Assembly (NCBI GenBank): GCA_012026655.1
Contig: JAAILG010001372.1
Location: 1-64,000 of the forward strand
Length of the DNA stretch: 64,000 bases
DNA from: Hydrolagus affinis
Lineage: Eukaryota
Direction of reading: 5' to 3'
The position numbers and the translations under genes are program-made. This document shows, one piece after another, positions 54,169-64,000 of the stretch (within the stretch, counting starts at the first letter, position 1; each line of letters opens with the position of its first letter). The notes beneath the pieces were generated by a model. The model had not been told where the DNA came from and did no database searches. It saw only the letters and a program-made list of their open reading frames with translations.

Positions 54169-54339
54169 GTACGAAAATCCTTCATGTTTTACACATTCAT
54201 CCTGGTGTATTTATAAACACTGGCCACATTAGGCATATGCCTGCCATGCAATTGCATGGGGGCCCGCGACAGCAATGGGGGCTCCCTGCTCACATGCTCC
54301 TGGATTCCTCTCCGCAAACGCATTGAAATCGCCTCTCTA

Positions 54340-54630
54340 CCAACCTGAATATGCTCCATGTCTCCTGCCCTAGCATCGGTGGCCAGGCTTTCACCTTGCT
54401 GCCCCACACTCTGGAACTCCCATCCCAAAGTCCCTTCGCTTCACTTCCTCCTTTTGTCTCTTTCAAGGCCGGTCTCAAGATCCTCATTTTCAATTGTGCC
54501 TTCAGCTGCCCTCCCACGTCTCTCCCTCCCCTCCACCCTACCCAGCCTCCGTGCTCGTGTCCCAACCCCTGACTATTCAGCGCCTTGGCCTTCCAGCGTG
54601 AAAGGTGTCTCTAAATATAATTTTGTTTGT
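54340..54630 (+). mobile_element. L2 3' fragment
   Basis: PSIGGQAF...SFKAGLKILIF and tail. Confidence 0.8.
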
Positions 54631-54919
54631 CTTTTTTGTTATAAGATTGTCGTTTTTGAAAATTTGTAAAGTATTGATGTTTATCTGTTTTTTGCTGTTT
54701 GTTGTATTGAGAATCGATGCAGTAAAATCACCCCAGCAAGTAAATATAATGGGACCTATCGAAACAAGCAGGGTAGAATATTGTATATCTATTCAGCTTC
54801 AGCAACCAAGTGTAGTCATCCTCCTTTACTCTGCTCAAGAACATGAATAATTGGAGAGCAAAGAATATTTGGGACAGAATGGGGAAATGGGTCAATTTTT
54901 ATTTTTTTTAAATGATATA

Positions 54920-55127
54920 CAGTAAAAGCCTGTTTACCTGGCACCCCTGGGTGCTGGATAAACCCTCTAGCCAATGCCGGTTAAAGCGTGTGCCAGATAT
55001 TCGGCCGAAAACACCCAAAAAAAAATGTTTATGTATTTTTCCAGATAAATTCCAGTTAATCAAATACAGACTTTTTTTGAGGTGCCGGTTATACGGAAGT
55101 TTGGGTTGATCAGGTGCCAGATAAACG
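54920..55127. mobile_element. Second copy of the Tigger-type MITE (opposite orientation, right TIR clipped)
   Basis: ta|cagtaaaagcctgtttacctggcacc; the interior is the reverse complement of 28811-29014. Confidence 0.8.
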
Positions 55128-55179
55128 TATTATGTTCTCAGGGGGCAAAAGAGTACTCTCTTATTAAAACTGAAATAAA

Positions 55180-55425
55180 ATTAACCCTTGCATTTGATAC
55201 AGTGCTTTTCGTGTAAGGGCATCTCGTAGCACTGCACTAGATTTACTCTAATGTGCAATAACATTTATTTTGTAGGCAGCCAATGTATACACAGCAACGT
55301 CCCATAAACAGCAGTGAAGTGAACAACAAATTTTATCTGGGGTATCGTTGACCAGGGCACTGGGATAGACTCCCTTCTCTTTTTGAATAGTGCCATGGAA
55401 TCTTTTTAACATCCACCTCGACAGG
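55180..55425 (-). mobile_element. Deu-domain SINE 3' part
   Basis: ttgaatagtgccatggaatctttttaacatccacct plus the shared tail. Confidence 0.7.
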
Positions 55426-55558
55426 GAAACTATTATTGTGACCCAATAAATTGTCTCAGGTCAAAATCCATCCGTCATATGATTCATAAGCACAAGGTGT
55501 ATTTGGAGTGATTTTACTTTTGTTGGATTGCCAATCTTATTTGGTTTGTATTTTTCAG

Positions 55559-55655
55559 AACCCATGCGATGATAAGCGACACAAGGACATCTGGTCCAAA
55601 GAGAAAACATGTGACAGGCTTCCTAAGTTCCTTGTTATTGGCCCACAGAAAACTG
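55559..55655 (+). CDS. NDST2: NDST2 coding exon 7 (start of sulfotransferase domain, first half of 5'-PSB loop)
   Basis: tttcag|[32 protein letters not shown]; G|gtacct; 97 nt. Confidence 0.95.
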
Positions 55656-55873
55656 GTACCTTTCACTGACAAATTTATTTTCCTCTCTCTCTTATTTTAT
55701 GCACTTTTGTAGTCTCTTTTGCAATTGTCTTGGTGGTGAGGTGTCTATATTATACTACAGAGGGGTAGTGAGGTTTTGAGATTTTTTAGTTTTTTATGTT
55801 AATAATGTACAAATAGAAGATGCATTTTTCTGTTTTCAAATAACAGATTTTAACTGTTTGTACATTACCACAG

Positions 55874-55997
55874 GTACGACGGCTTTGCATTTTTTCTTGT
55901 CCTTGCATCCCGGTATCACCAGTAACTTCCCCAGTCCAGTTACATTTGAGGAGATTCATTTCTTTAATGGAGTCAACTATGGCAAAGGGATTGACTG
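55874..55997 (+). CDS. NDST2: NDST2 coding exon 8
   Basis: ccacag|GT; [40 protein letters not shown]; TG|gtaaga; 124 nt. Confidence 0.95.
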
Positions 55998-56151
55998 GTA
56001 AGATTCAATCAGGCTTTGGCATTCATAGCTATCTGTGGTCAGCTTCAACATCTGGAATTGCTCAATCCAGTGTATCATTCAAAAATACATATGCAGTACA
56101 GATGTAGCTTGGTGGAGCACCAATATAAAATGTATTGTTATCGACTCCCAT

Positions 56152-56500
56152 GGAGTCCTGTACTGTAGTAGTTGGAGCACTCGCCAAGCAAGCAAGGTAA
56201 CTCAGTTTGATTCCCCCGCGGGGCAAAACCATAGGCAAGTTTCCTTACTCCATGCACCTCTATTTACCCAGCAGTTAGGAACCCACTTGTTAGTTGATTG
56301 GCCGATCGCTTTCCCGTGGGTATAATAATGCCTTAAAAAAAAGTGCATAATTTGATCAATTAATCCACGACCGATTGTGGGACACTACTATGTGTAATTA
56401 GCTACTGTGTTCCTCTCACAAAATATACATTAATTCACTTTATAGTATAATCTGTAAAGCGCTTTGAGACATCTCTATATCAAATGTAAGGATTATTGTA
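56152..56500 (+). mobile_element. Full-length family B SINE
   Basis: Head ggagtcctgta.., central tttacccagcagttaggaacc..gattggccgatcgctttccc, shared tail. Confidence 0.78.
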
Positions 56501-56724
56501 TCAGTGAGGCAGTGATAAGGCTCTATATCAAATGTAAGGATTATTGTATCAGTGAGGCAGTCACACATGTTTGCTGGATAGAGAAATAATTTCTCAGCTT
56601 CCTGCTGAATTTCATGGCAATAGCACTGATAAGATCATTCATTGAATGGTAACTAAGGCATAATTTGCTCTTTAGAGTATAATTTGCTCTTCAGTATTCA
56701 GATGTTCTCCCTGTTATTTTTCAG

Positions 56725-56899
56725 GTACATGGACTTCTTTCCATTTCCGTCTAATGCAAGCACAGATTTCATGTTTGAAAAAAGTGCAAATTACTTTGAA
56801 TCTGAGGTTGTCCCAAAGAGGGCAGCAGCACTTCTCCCCAGAGCAAAAATAATTACAATTCTCATCAATCCAGCAGAGAGAGCTTACTCCTGGTATCAG
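56725..56899 (+). CDS. NDST2: NDST2 coding exon 9 (FEKSA and 3'-PB PAPS-binding motif)
   Basis: tttcag|G; [24 protein letters not shown]...[12 protein letters not shown]|gtattc; 175 nt. Confidence 0.95.
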
Positions 56900-57427
56900 G
56901 TATTCTTTTTTTTTCTGTTGCAGTATCTTACTTGGGGGAATTTATGTTCAGCATAAAGCTCCCTTTAAAAAGATCTAAAAATGGAGTAGTAAAATAGAAT
57001 GTATCTTGGGCGATATACTATCCGTATAATTATGCATTTTATGTACTTGTAATTGGGGAGCACGCATACAAACTCCCATTGTAGAGGTGCCTCAAAACCC
57101 AGAGACTGTGGTTCTTCTGCAACTGACCTAGCCCGGGTGAGCATTCAATACTTCTCTTGTCGGTGGATTTTGTTTGCAATGTTCATTCAGGCCACCAGAT
57201 GGTTTGTGGCAGTTGAGCTCAATCTTAGCAAAGTGACAGAAAACATCATGAACCATCAGCGGCATTCCCACTCCCTGAAAAGTTCCGCCCATTAATCATT
57301 GGGGAGCTTCACACCGTAACATAGAAAGGACAAAGGATGGAGGGGAAAGCTAAAGGGAGTAATGTTTTTATATTTTTATTAGGAAAATGATGTGATTTAA
57401 AAAGTATTTTTATATGTTTTCCACCAG

Positions 57428-57598
57428 CATCAGAGAGCACACCAGGACCGTGTAGCTCTGAATTCCACGTTCTACCAGGTGATCTCCGCAGGTGCGGGCT
57501 CATCTAAGGATGTACGTGCTCTGCAGAATCGCTGTTTGGCACCAGGCTTCTATGCCTCTCACATTGAAAGATGGTTAACATCCTATCAGCCAAGCAAG
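57428..57598 (+). CDS. NDST2: NDST2 coding exon 10
   Basis: caccag|HQRAHQDRVALNSTFYQVISA...LQNRCLAPGFYASHIERWLTSYQPSK|gtaaga; 171 nt. Confidence 0.94.
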
Positions 57599-58409
57599 GT
57601 AAGACTAAATTTCATCACTATTAGTTTAATGCCATTGTACCAGCAAACCACAATTTGACTCCTGGTTGCTGGTGCAATGTCATTTTGCAGAGTCCCATGT
57701 GCAATTATATGCAGAATCTGTTTCATTCAACAGGAGATGGTATCACTAACTTTGGTAGCTTTTACGTCAACTAAAAATACTAACACTGTAAGAAGGATTT
57801 TGGAGAGTCCATGTCTTTGGAAGAGAAAGTAAACAGTGAAAGGTATAAGCAAAAGCTCCGTTGTGTTCCCATTCCTTCCAAGGAAAATAGTACCCACATG
57901 CCTTCAGCAAAGCCAGCTGCTAAGCAGCCAGATTTGTTGCTCTTCTTTCACCCCCAGCTTTCAGTGATGTTCACATTCACTTGCCAGCAATGTCTTTTCT
58001 TTGCTGGGACTGCTTGTTAGGACAAGAAAGAAAATTTCACTCGCACCAAATAGTCCAGCTCGTTGCAAGTGTAAAAACACTGTTGCTATAATTTGCTGGT
58101 CTGGCAATGAGAAACACATTTGCAAACCTATTTTACTTTAGCTAGTTGTTTAGGAATGGGCATTGATGATTGTATAAACTGCTCAGATTGGACTGGATGT
58201 GTGTATGAATCTCGTGGGCTTTAACCTACTAAAAGCAAATATTGGGATTTGAAAAGTGTTCTTGAATGTAAGTTAATAATAAAGTGTACCCTTATAGCAC
58301 ATTTTGAAGATGTTGTATTAAAATCATTCTTCTTTTTCACACACCCAAGTTGAATTTTATCAGTAGCCTCCTTCATTCTGACATTTAAAAGGTTCTTTCT
58401 TTTCTACAG

Positions 58410-58519
58410 CTTCTCATTGTTGATGGTTTACAGTTGCGTAACAAGCCTGTAATGGTCATGGAAAATGTACAGAAATTTCTTGGTATAATGCCTCATTTCA
58501 ACTACACTCAGGTGCTCAT
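58410..58519 (+). CDS. NDST2: NDST2 coding exon 11
   Basis: ctacag|LLIVDGLQLRNKPVMVMENVQKFLGIMPHFNYTQVL; AT|gtatgt; 110 nt. Confidence 0.93.
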
Positions 58520-58689
58520 GTATGTATTTCCTTTAATCCTCTCTTCTATCCATTATGAGAATTGACCTGAAGTCTCTTCAGGTATAAATAGTCGCATGCA
58601 TCAAAATTAAATGCATGTGTTTTATTGAACAGGAAATGGTATCACTTATTTGGTGGATTTTACACCTCAAAAATATTAATGCTATAAGG

Positions 58690-58850
58690 AGTTGTTTGGT
58701 AGCTTAGTGATTGGAGCATTTGCCTTGCAAACAAGAGGACCTGAGTTAGATTCCACGGTGGGACAAAACATTGGGCAAGTTTCCTTACTCCACATGCCTT
58801 TGTTTACCTAGCAGTAATTAGTAACCTGGTTGTAGTCGATAGGCTAATCA
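58690..58850 (+). mobile_element. Family B SINE 5' half
   Basis: gtagcttagtgattggagc..ttgggcaagtttccttactccacatgcctttgtttacctagcagtaattag. Confidence 0.7.
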
Positions 58851-59489
58851 CATTCTAAATTATTAAGTTGTGAGTTAAACTGTGGGCCACATTTGATCTC
58901 CACAGTGTGACTCACAAGTTTCCAAAGCAGAATCTTTTACTAATTGCTTTGTTCCATGCTGGTGTTGTTCAGTGTCTCAATGATTAGTTTACATTTCTGA
59001 AGTATTAAGTCTGTTGTACAGAAGTCTGTAGTATTTGCCTGATACCAATAGGGAGTTTGATGCAAACTCAGCTAGCATTTGGACTCTCAAAGAATAAGCC
59101 TGATGTCCTACTGTATGATGCTACCAAATTGAAGTTGATAGGATTAAACACTAAAGTTAAGATTATAAAATGTTTGATACACATCATTTAAGCATGTAGT
59201 GAAATTCTTGCAATAGCACACTATCAAGTGAAGGGTACAGAACTTTCCAGCAATTTCCAGTAGATGTACATGCTGCTTGTCATTTATTTGACTTGTACAC
59301 TGTACTTATCCTTACATCACTTTTGTTTGAAAGTGGAAAGGGAAAAATACTGCATCCTTTTAAGGGAATGAATTGCAAACTTTACTTCTTAGCAGGTTTA
59401 GGCTTGTACAAGTATTATATGACATTTCTGACAATGTTTTGCTATGTATGAATTGTACTTAACCCAGCATTTAATAATGTCTATTTCAG

Positions 59490-59589
59490 GTATGATGATA
59501 GCAAGAATTTCTGGTGTCAAGTCATAGGTGGCAAAGCAAAATGTTTAGGGAAAAGTAAAGGAAGAAAATATCCAGACATGGATTTAATC
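59490..59589 (+). CDS. NDST2: NDST2 coding exon 12 (disulfide loop and CLGKSKGR motif)
   Basis: tttcag|G; [33 protein letters not shown]|gtgagt; 100 nt. Confidence 0.94.
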
Positions 59590-59689
59590 GTGAGTAATAA
59601 CATGTTGTGGCAGCTTAGTACTAGCAATAGTACTAGTCTATTCACCACATAATTATCTTTATGTATAACAGCTTTATTAAGATGACTCT

Positions 59690-60200
59690 TTGGCCAGATG
59701 ATTCAACCTACCCAACCCTACTGTCTGTCTTCCCATTACAACATTAAGCCATTTCTTAAATTAATCCACTGTCCTAGTCTCCAGCACCTTTCCTGATAAT
59801 CCATTCCAGCTTCTAATTACCCTCTATATAAAAAAATAGTTCCTGATGCCTGCTCCATACAACCATCAACCTATGACCTCTTGACCTGCTTCCTTGGTAA
59901 ATCTCAATGACTTTATTCTTTTAATTATGTTGTATTCATTTATAAGGCCCCTCTCCTTGAGATGAGATGTCATTTATTAGGAGGGTGAAAAGACCTCATT
60001 AAATTTGGAATCAGTCCTATTGCTCTCCTCTGCACTTTCTCCTTCTGGGGGTGAGCCGGAGTGATTTTCTTATGATGGCATATACAACTTTCCTTCAGCA
60101 CCCTGCTCACAGCTTGGGTTCTGGGGATCCTCACAATGTATCCCACCACCCTGTTAACTTTAGTCTCTTTCAACCTCCTTCATCTGTTCCCTTATATACT
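59690..60200 (-). mobile_element. Decayed CR1 3' fragment
   Basis: EKVQRRAIGLIPNL on the - strand and CR1-like UTR sequence. Confidence 0.6.
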
Positions 60201-60854
60201 TGTTCCCATTGAAATTCATACCATACTTGGTTAAGCTTTCTTCTTGAAACAGATTTTCAGTCTGAGAAAGTGCACTGAATGTGAAAAATATACAGGTAAT
60301 AACTTGCAGGCAGCAATATAGTTTGCCCTTTTATTTTCCAACAAGACATCTTATAAAATACAAAAATCAAGCAATGTATTCTGCTTTTTGAAATCTTTTA
60401 AAATTTTTGTTGTGCTCTTCTAGCCAGGAAAATGGGACAAGTAATGTCAAGAACTTCCTTCTCTTGGCTATTGGCCAAAACATATTTCCTGATGGCAGAG
60501 CAGGATTGAACGTGTACAAAGATTTTATTCCCACTTGATGTCTTTGTATACTGTTGCATCTTTTCTTTAAAAAAGATTTTAAGTACGATTTAAACCACTA
60601 TGATTGCTACCAGTTGCAGCTCATGCCAAATAGCATTATCTGTTTTTTTTTACTGTGACAAGGCAAACAAACTGCCTGAACTGTACCAACCACAAAGATT
60701 CTAGGTTATTGATCTCCACAAATTGAGTAGTTGGGAAACTACTATTCACCTCAACATGCTGCCTGGGATAGAGGGAGAAAATTAGCCAGAGTTGCTTCCA
60801 ACTATACATAGATGCTCACTTGTCATTGTGTGTTTTTGTTCTTTCCCTTTGCAG

Positions 60855-60980
60855 TCTCGGACATTTCTGAAAGATTATTACAGGGAGCACAATGTGGAAT
60901 TGTCAAAGCTGTTAAACAAATTGGGACAGTCACTGCCTAGCTGGCTCAGAGAGGAACTACAACATACCAGCTGGAGCTGA
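60855..60980 (+). CDS. NDST2: NDST2 coding exon 13 (terminal, stop TGA)
   Basis: ttgcag|[41 protein letters not shown]. Confidence 0.95.
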   Translation, partial: SRTFLKDYYREHNVELSKLLNKLGQSLPSWLREELQHTSWS

Positions 60981-62062
60981 ATGCTACTTGATGCGCTCGG
61001 CCAACACCACCACTCTGGAAAATGAAGCCACTCTGTACCTGCTTTCATTCCCACTGACCTATTTATTCATAATGTGCAGCTGTTCTGACAAAAAGAAAAG
61101 TGGACCACAGATTCAGTGGAGTTTGATTTCTTGTTGTGGACCAGTTTTAAAAAGGAAAAGCTCCACAAAGGCTGCCATTTCTTTCGACAAGCTGCTTTTG
61201 TGCTTTGTGTTCAGTAAACTACCTGTAGCTCTTGCACTACAGTTTCTTTCTCAGATGGAAGTACTTTGCACAAAAAGGATCAGTCGCCCAATGGAGGTCA
61301 CCTGCAGGCTGGTTTGTTGTACAGTACGTGCCCAGTTCAGACTTGCTAAGATGCTACTGGAATCTTGTAAGCCTCTCCTCTCCAACTATTGTACTGTTGA
61401 AGTATATCCTTTATTACAACAGCTGCTTTCACAAAAGAACATGCAACACTGCCCTGACTACTAATCACGTGGGGTTGGGGATCTTAGTTCATCATGAACA
61501 AATAATAAAATGTGCAACTGTGCTATAACCTGGGTACTAATAACACACATACAAATGTAATGAATTACTGTGTACATATTTTCCTTTGAGGCAATAATTT
61601 GTAACTACATGTGGATTCCAGAGAAAGTGGCACTAAGAACAGATTACAACAAGATCATGAACACAGTGCCAGATCAAGTTACCTCAAACTTGTTTGTTAA
61701 GCCCCACTTCAAGCAGCCCTGTAAGTAATTGGAAACATTTATAATCTACAAACTTCAAGTTTAGTTTTATCAGTGTTAGTGACCTTTCTACCAGTCTACT
61801 GTATAAAAAATTAGGAAGCAACCACCAATTAATTGTTTTTTTTCAAATGGGCTAAATTGAAGATTTCCAACTGTGTCTTCCTGCTTGTTTCATTTGTCTC
61901 ACACAGAAGAAAGTTTAGAGCAGTCTCATCTTTGACCCGTTTCATCTCACAATACGACTCACCTATTGTGTCATTCACATTGAATGATATTATTGGAGAA
62001 TTTTACTCTCAAGAGGCTGAACATATTTTCTGAAATGCAACATCCAGTGGATTAAGTGGAGT

Positions 62063-62068
62063 TTTATT
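62063..62068 (-). terminator. Candidate ZSWIM8 polyadenylation signal AATAAA (alternative ATTAAA at 62350-62355)
   Basis: tttatt on the + strand downstream of the ZSWIM8 stop; usage not shown. Confidence 0.3.
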
Positions 62069-62396
62069 TGTGTAAATTTTGTGGTTGATTGTGATGTAGT
62101 ACTTTGCAAGGGCTTAAATACATTGCGGGCTGGTCAACAAAACTGTATTGTTGGAAACTATCCAGCCAAAACGTGCCTGCATTATTTCCCCACTCAACTG
62201 TGAAAGAAAACCAAATATAAAAATCAATGGTAAGATATTACCTTCCTTGATCTGTCATCTTCAATCAATTCAATCTGAACATCTCCATTCCAAAGCCAAG
62301 CATTTAACATAGGCCTATAACAGCAGAGTACTGCAGTTTTGTTGTGTGCTTTAATCAAAAATAATTGTATGTACTCAACACAGCACAGAAAGGTTG

Positions 62397-62402
62397 AATA
62401 AA
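62397..62402 (+). terminator. Candidate NDST2 polyadenylation signal AATAAA (alternative at 61504-61509)
   Basis: Canonical hexamer downstream of the NDST2 stop; usage not shown. Confidence 0.4.
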
Positions 62403-63202
62403 AGTTTTGTTGTCAACAAAACCACTCACACAAATGTCATGCAAGTATTTCTTACACAGACAGCAGAGCTACCCTGTGTAGCCTTCAGAATCATCAACTT
62501 TACAGGAACATGAGACTGCACAAAAAGATTAAAAATATTAACAGATTGTATGAGGACAGAAATACAATGTGGTCAGTGGAGTAAACTACAGTTGCACTTC
62601 ATCTGATCTGTAACACTGAAAAATGTGTCATAGCTCTTAACTTATCCCAGTATTTGGTTTTCTGGAATCTGAATATACAAGTTTTGTTTTAAACAATTGA
62701 AACCCTTTAAAATGTGAAAACAAAATTGAAGAAACTAAGGCAAAAACAGATAAATTAAAAATCACAATCTATACAGGGCAGAGGTGGTATTCAGACTTTC
62801 ATCAAGAGTGCAGTAGGAGAAACAACAATGCCAGCTGTTGATGTGACTTTGTTCATCTATTGGAAGTCACTGGCTCTTCAAGCTGGTCTGTTTACTGAGT
62901 CATACTGTATCCAGCAACACACCCTCTTCTTTAAACAGGTAGACATATACATGAATATTTTAACTTTCATACAAAAGTCATGGGGAGGGACAGGAAAATT
63001 GGGCACTAGTGGAATCTGGGATGTGAATGTCAGATTACACTCTGCGCGCCAACAAAGTTGGACCTTCTTGTTTTCTGACAATTATAAGTTCAGTGGAAGA
63101 GGAATGTAGCAGTAGAGAATACAGCTTCAGTGGTTAAGGGAGGGAGGTTGGATAGGGGGGAGAGGGAAATAACCCTAAACCTGCACAAACAAATAACAGA
63201 CA

Positions 63203-63409
63203 TCAAGGAGAAAAGGTAGCCATTTCCAGTGAGATTCTTTGCCATAAGTCCTTAGTTTGACCCTTTGCTCGTTTTAAATTCTGAAGTATTTCATTGAACT
63301 GCATCATTCCAACTGGAGTTAAGCAGAATGCACTACGGGCACTTCGGATGATATTTACGAAGTCATCATAATCTGCCGGAGCAATATGGTACAATCGGTA
63401 CTGGATACA
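63203..63409 (-). CDS. ZSWIM8: ZSWIM8 terminal coding exon (rest of the gene lies beyond the window)
   Basis: Minus-strand acceptor ttttttccccag, then CIQYRLYHIAPADYDDFVNIIRSARSAFCLTPVGMMQFNEILQNLKRAKGQTKDLWQRISLEMATFSP*. This matches the ZSWIM8 C-terminus as recalled, and ZSWIM8 is the convergent neighbour of NDST2 in human. Confidence 0.9.
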   Translation of the reverse strand, partial: CIQYRLYHIAPADYDDFVNIIRSARSAFCLTPVGMMQFNEILQNLKRAKGQTKDLWQRISLEMATFSP

Positions 63410-63599
63410 CTGGGGAAAAAAATTAAATGTGCAATGCATCAGATGCAACATTGTGTAAAAATGATTGACAGCTTGAAACACATGCAGTAATATACATTTG
63501 CTCACTGACGTAACATCTAATCACTACCAAAAATAAGAATAGAATGGTACATAATATATACAACTAAAATGCTGAGGGGAGAATAATAAAGTTAACGCT

Positions 63600-63875
63600 G
63601 CCCCCACAGGATACAGGGAACTGCTGCCAGCTGCTTACTCTGCTGCCACTGGCGGAACGGCTCTGAACGTACGTGCAGCAGGAGCTGGATGTGGGATTCG
63701 TTCACCCTGAGGCCCCACTGATGTGACTGTGTGTTTGTGGCTCTCATCTGTGTGTGCGTGTGTCTTTCTGGCTGTGAGTGTCTCTGTGTTTTGAGTATAC
63801 GTCTCTAACCCCTCTGCAGTGCCTTGGAACGTCCTCCTGATGTGAAAGGTGCACTATAGATGTAATTTTTGTTGT
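63600..63875 (+). mobile_element. Repeat with unique head, TG/TC microsatellite and L2 tail (in ZSWIM8 last intron)
   Basis: tcaccctgaggccccactga, then (TG/TC)n, then cagtgccttggaacgtcc..gtgaaaggtgc..gtaatttttgttg. Confidence 0.55.
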
Positions 63876-64000
63876 GTGTGAGGTGGTAGGCCTGCGAGAT
63901 GACCCCCTGGAGATCCACAGTAAACACTTTTGGCAAATACTACTGCAATTTGCTATTGGCCCTGGTCACCACACATACAGCTAAACAAGATATTGAAGAA

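Noticed and set aside
60988-61464. 158-aa ORF immediately after the NDST2 stop
   Set aside because: Lies in the presumed 3' UTR, starts at TTG/ATG in weak context, is out of frame for readthrough and resembles no known protein.

Overview
Eukaryotic, vertebrate genomic DNA. The repeat content (tRNA-headed SINEs with (TTA)n tails, Deu-domain SINEs, L2 and CR1 fragments) points to a cartilaginous fish, possibly a chimaera; this is inference. The window holds a complete + strand NDST2 (heparan sulfate N-deacetylase/N-sulfotransferase 2) coding sequence: 13 GT-AG coding exons from 9258 to 60980, 2637 nt, 878 aa. The first coding exon also carries a 5' UTR with six upstream ATGs. The last coding exon of ZSWIM8 lies on the - strand (63409-63203), tail-to-tail with NDST2. 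Introns are rich in retroelements and MITEs, and there is one 100-N assembly gap. No prokaryotic-type system is present, and I cannot support a wholly new biological system. The most unusual items are a decayed 28S rRNA domain V fragment joined to an L2 3' tail, the uORF cluster, the convergent 3' UTRs, SINE families sharing one tail, and a near-perfect SINE palindrome. Gene and repeat-family identifications rest on recalled sequences and were not searched against any database. Repeat boundaries are approximate.
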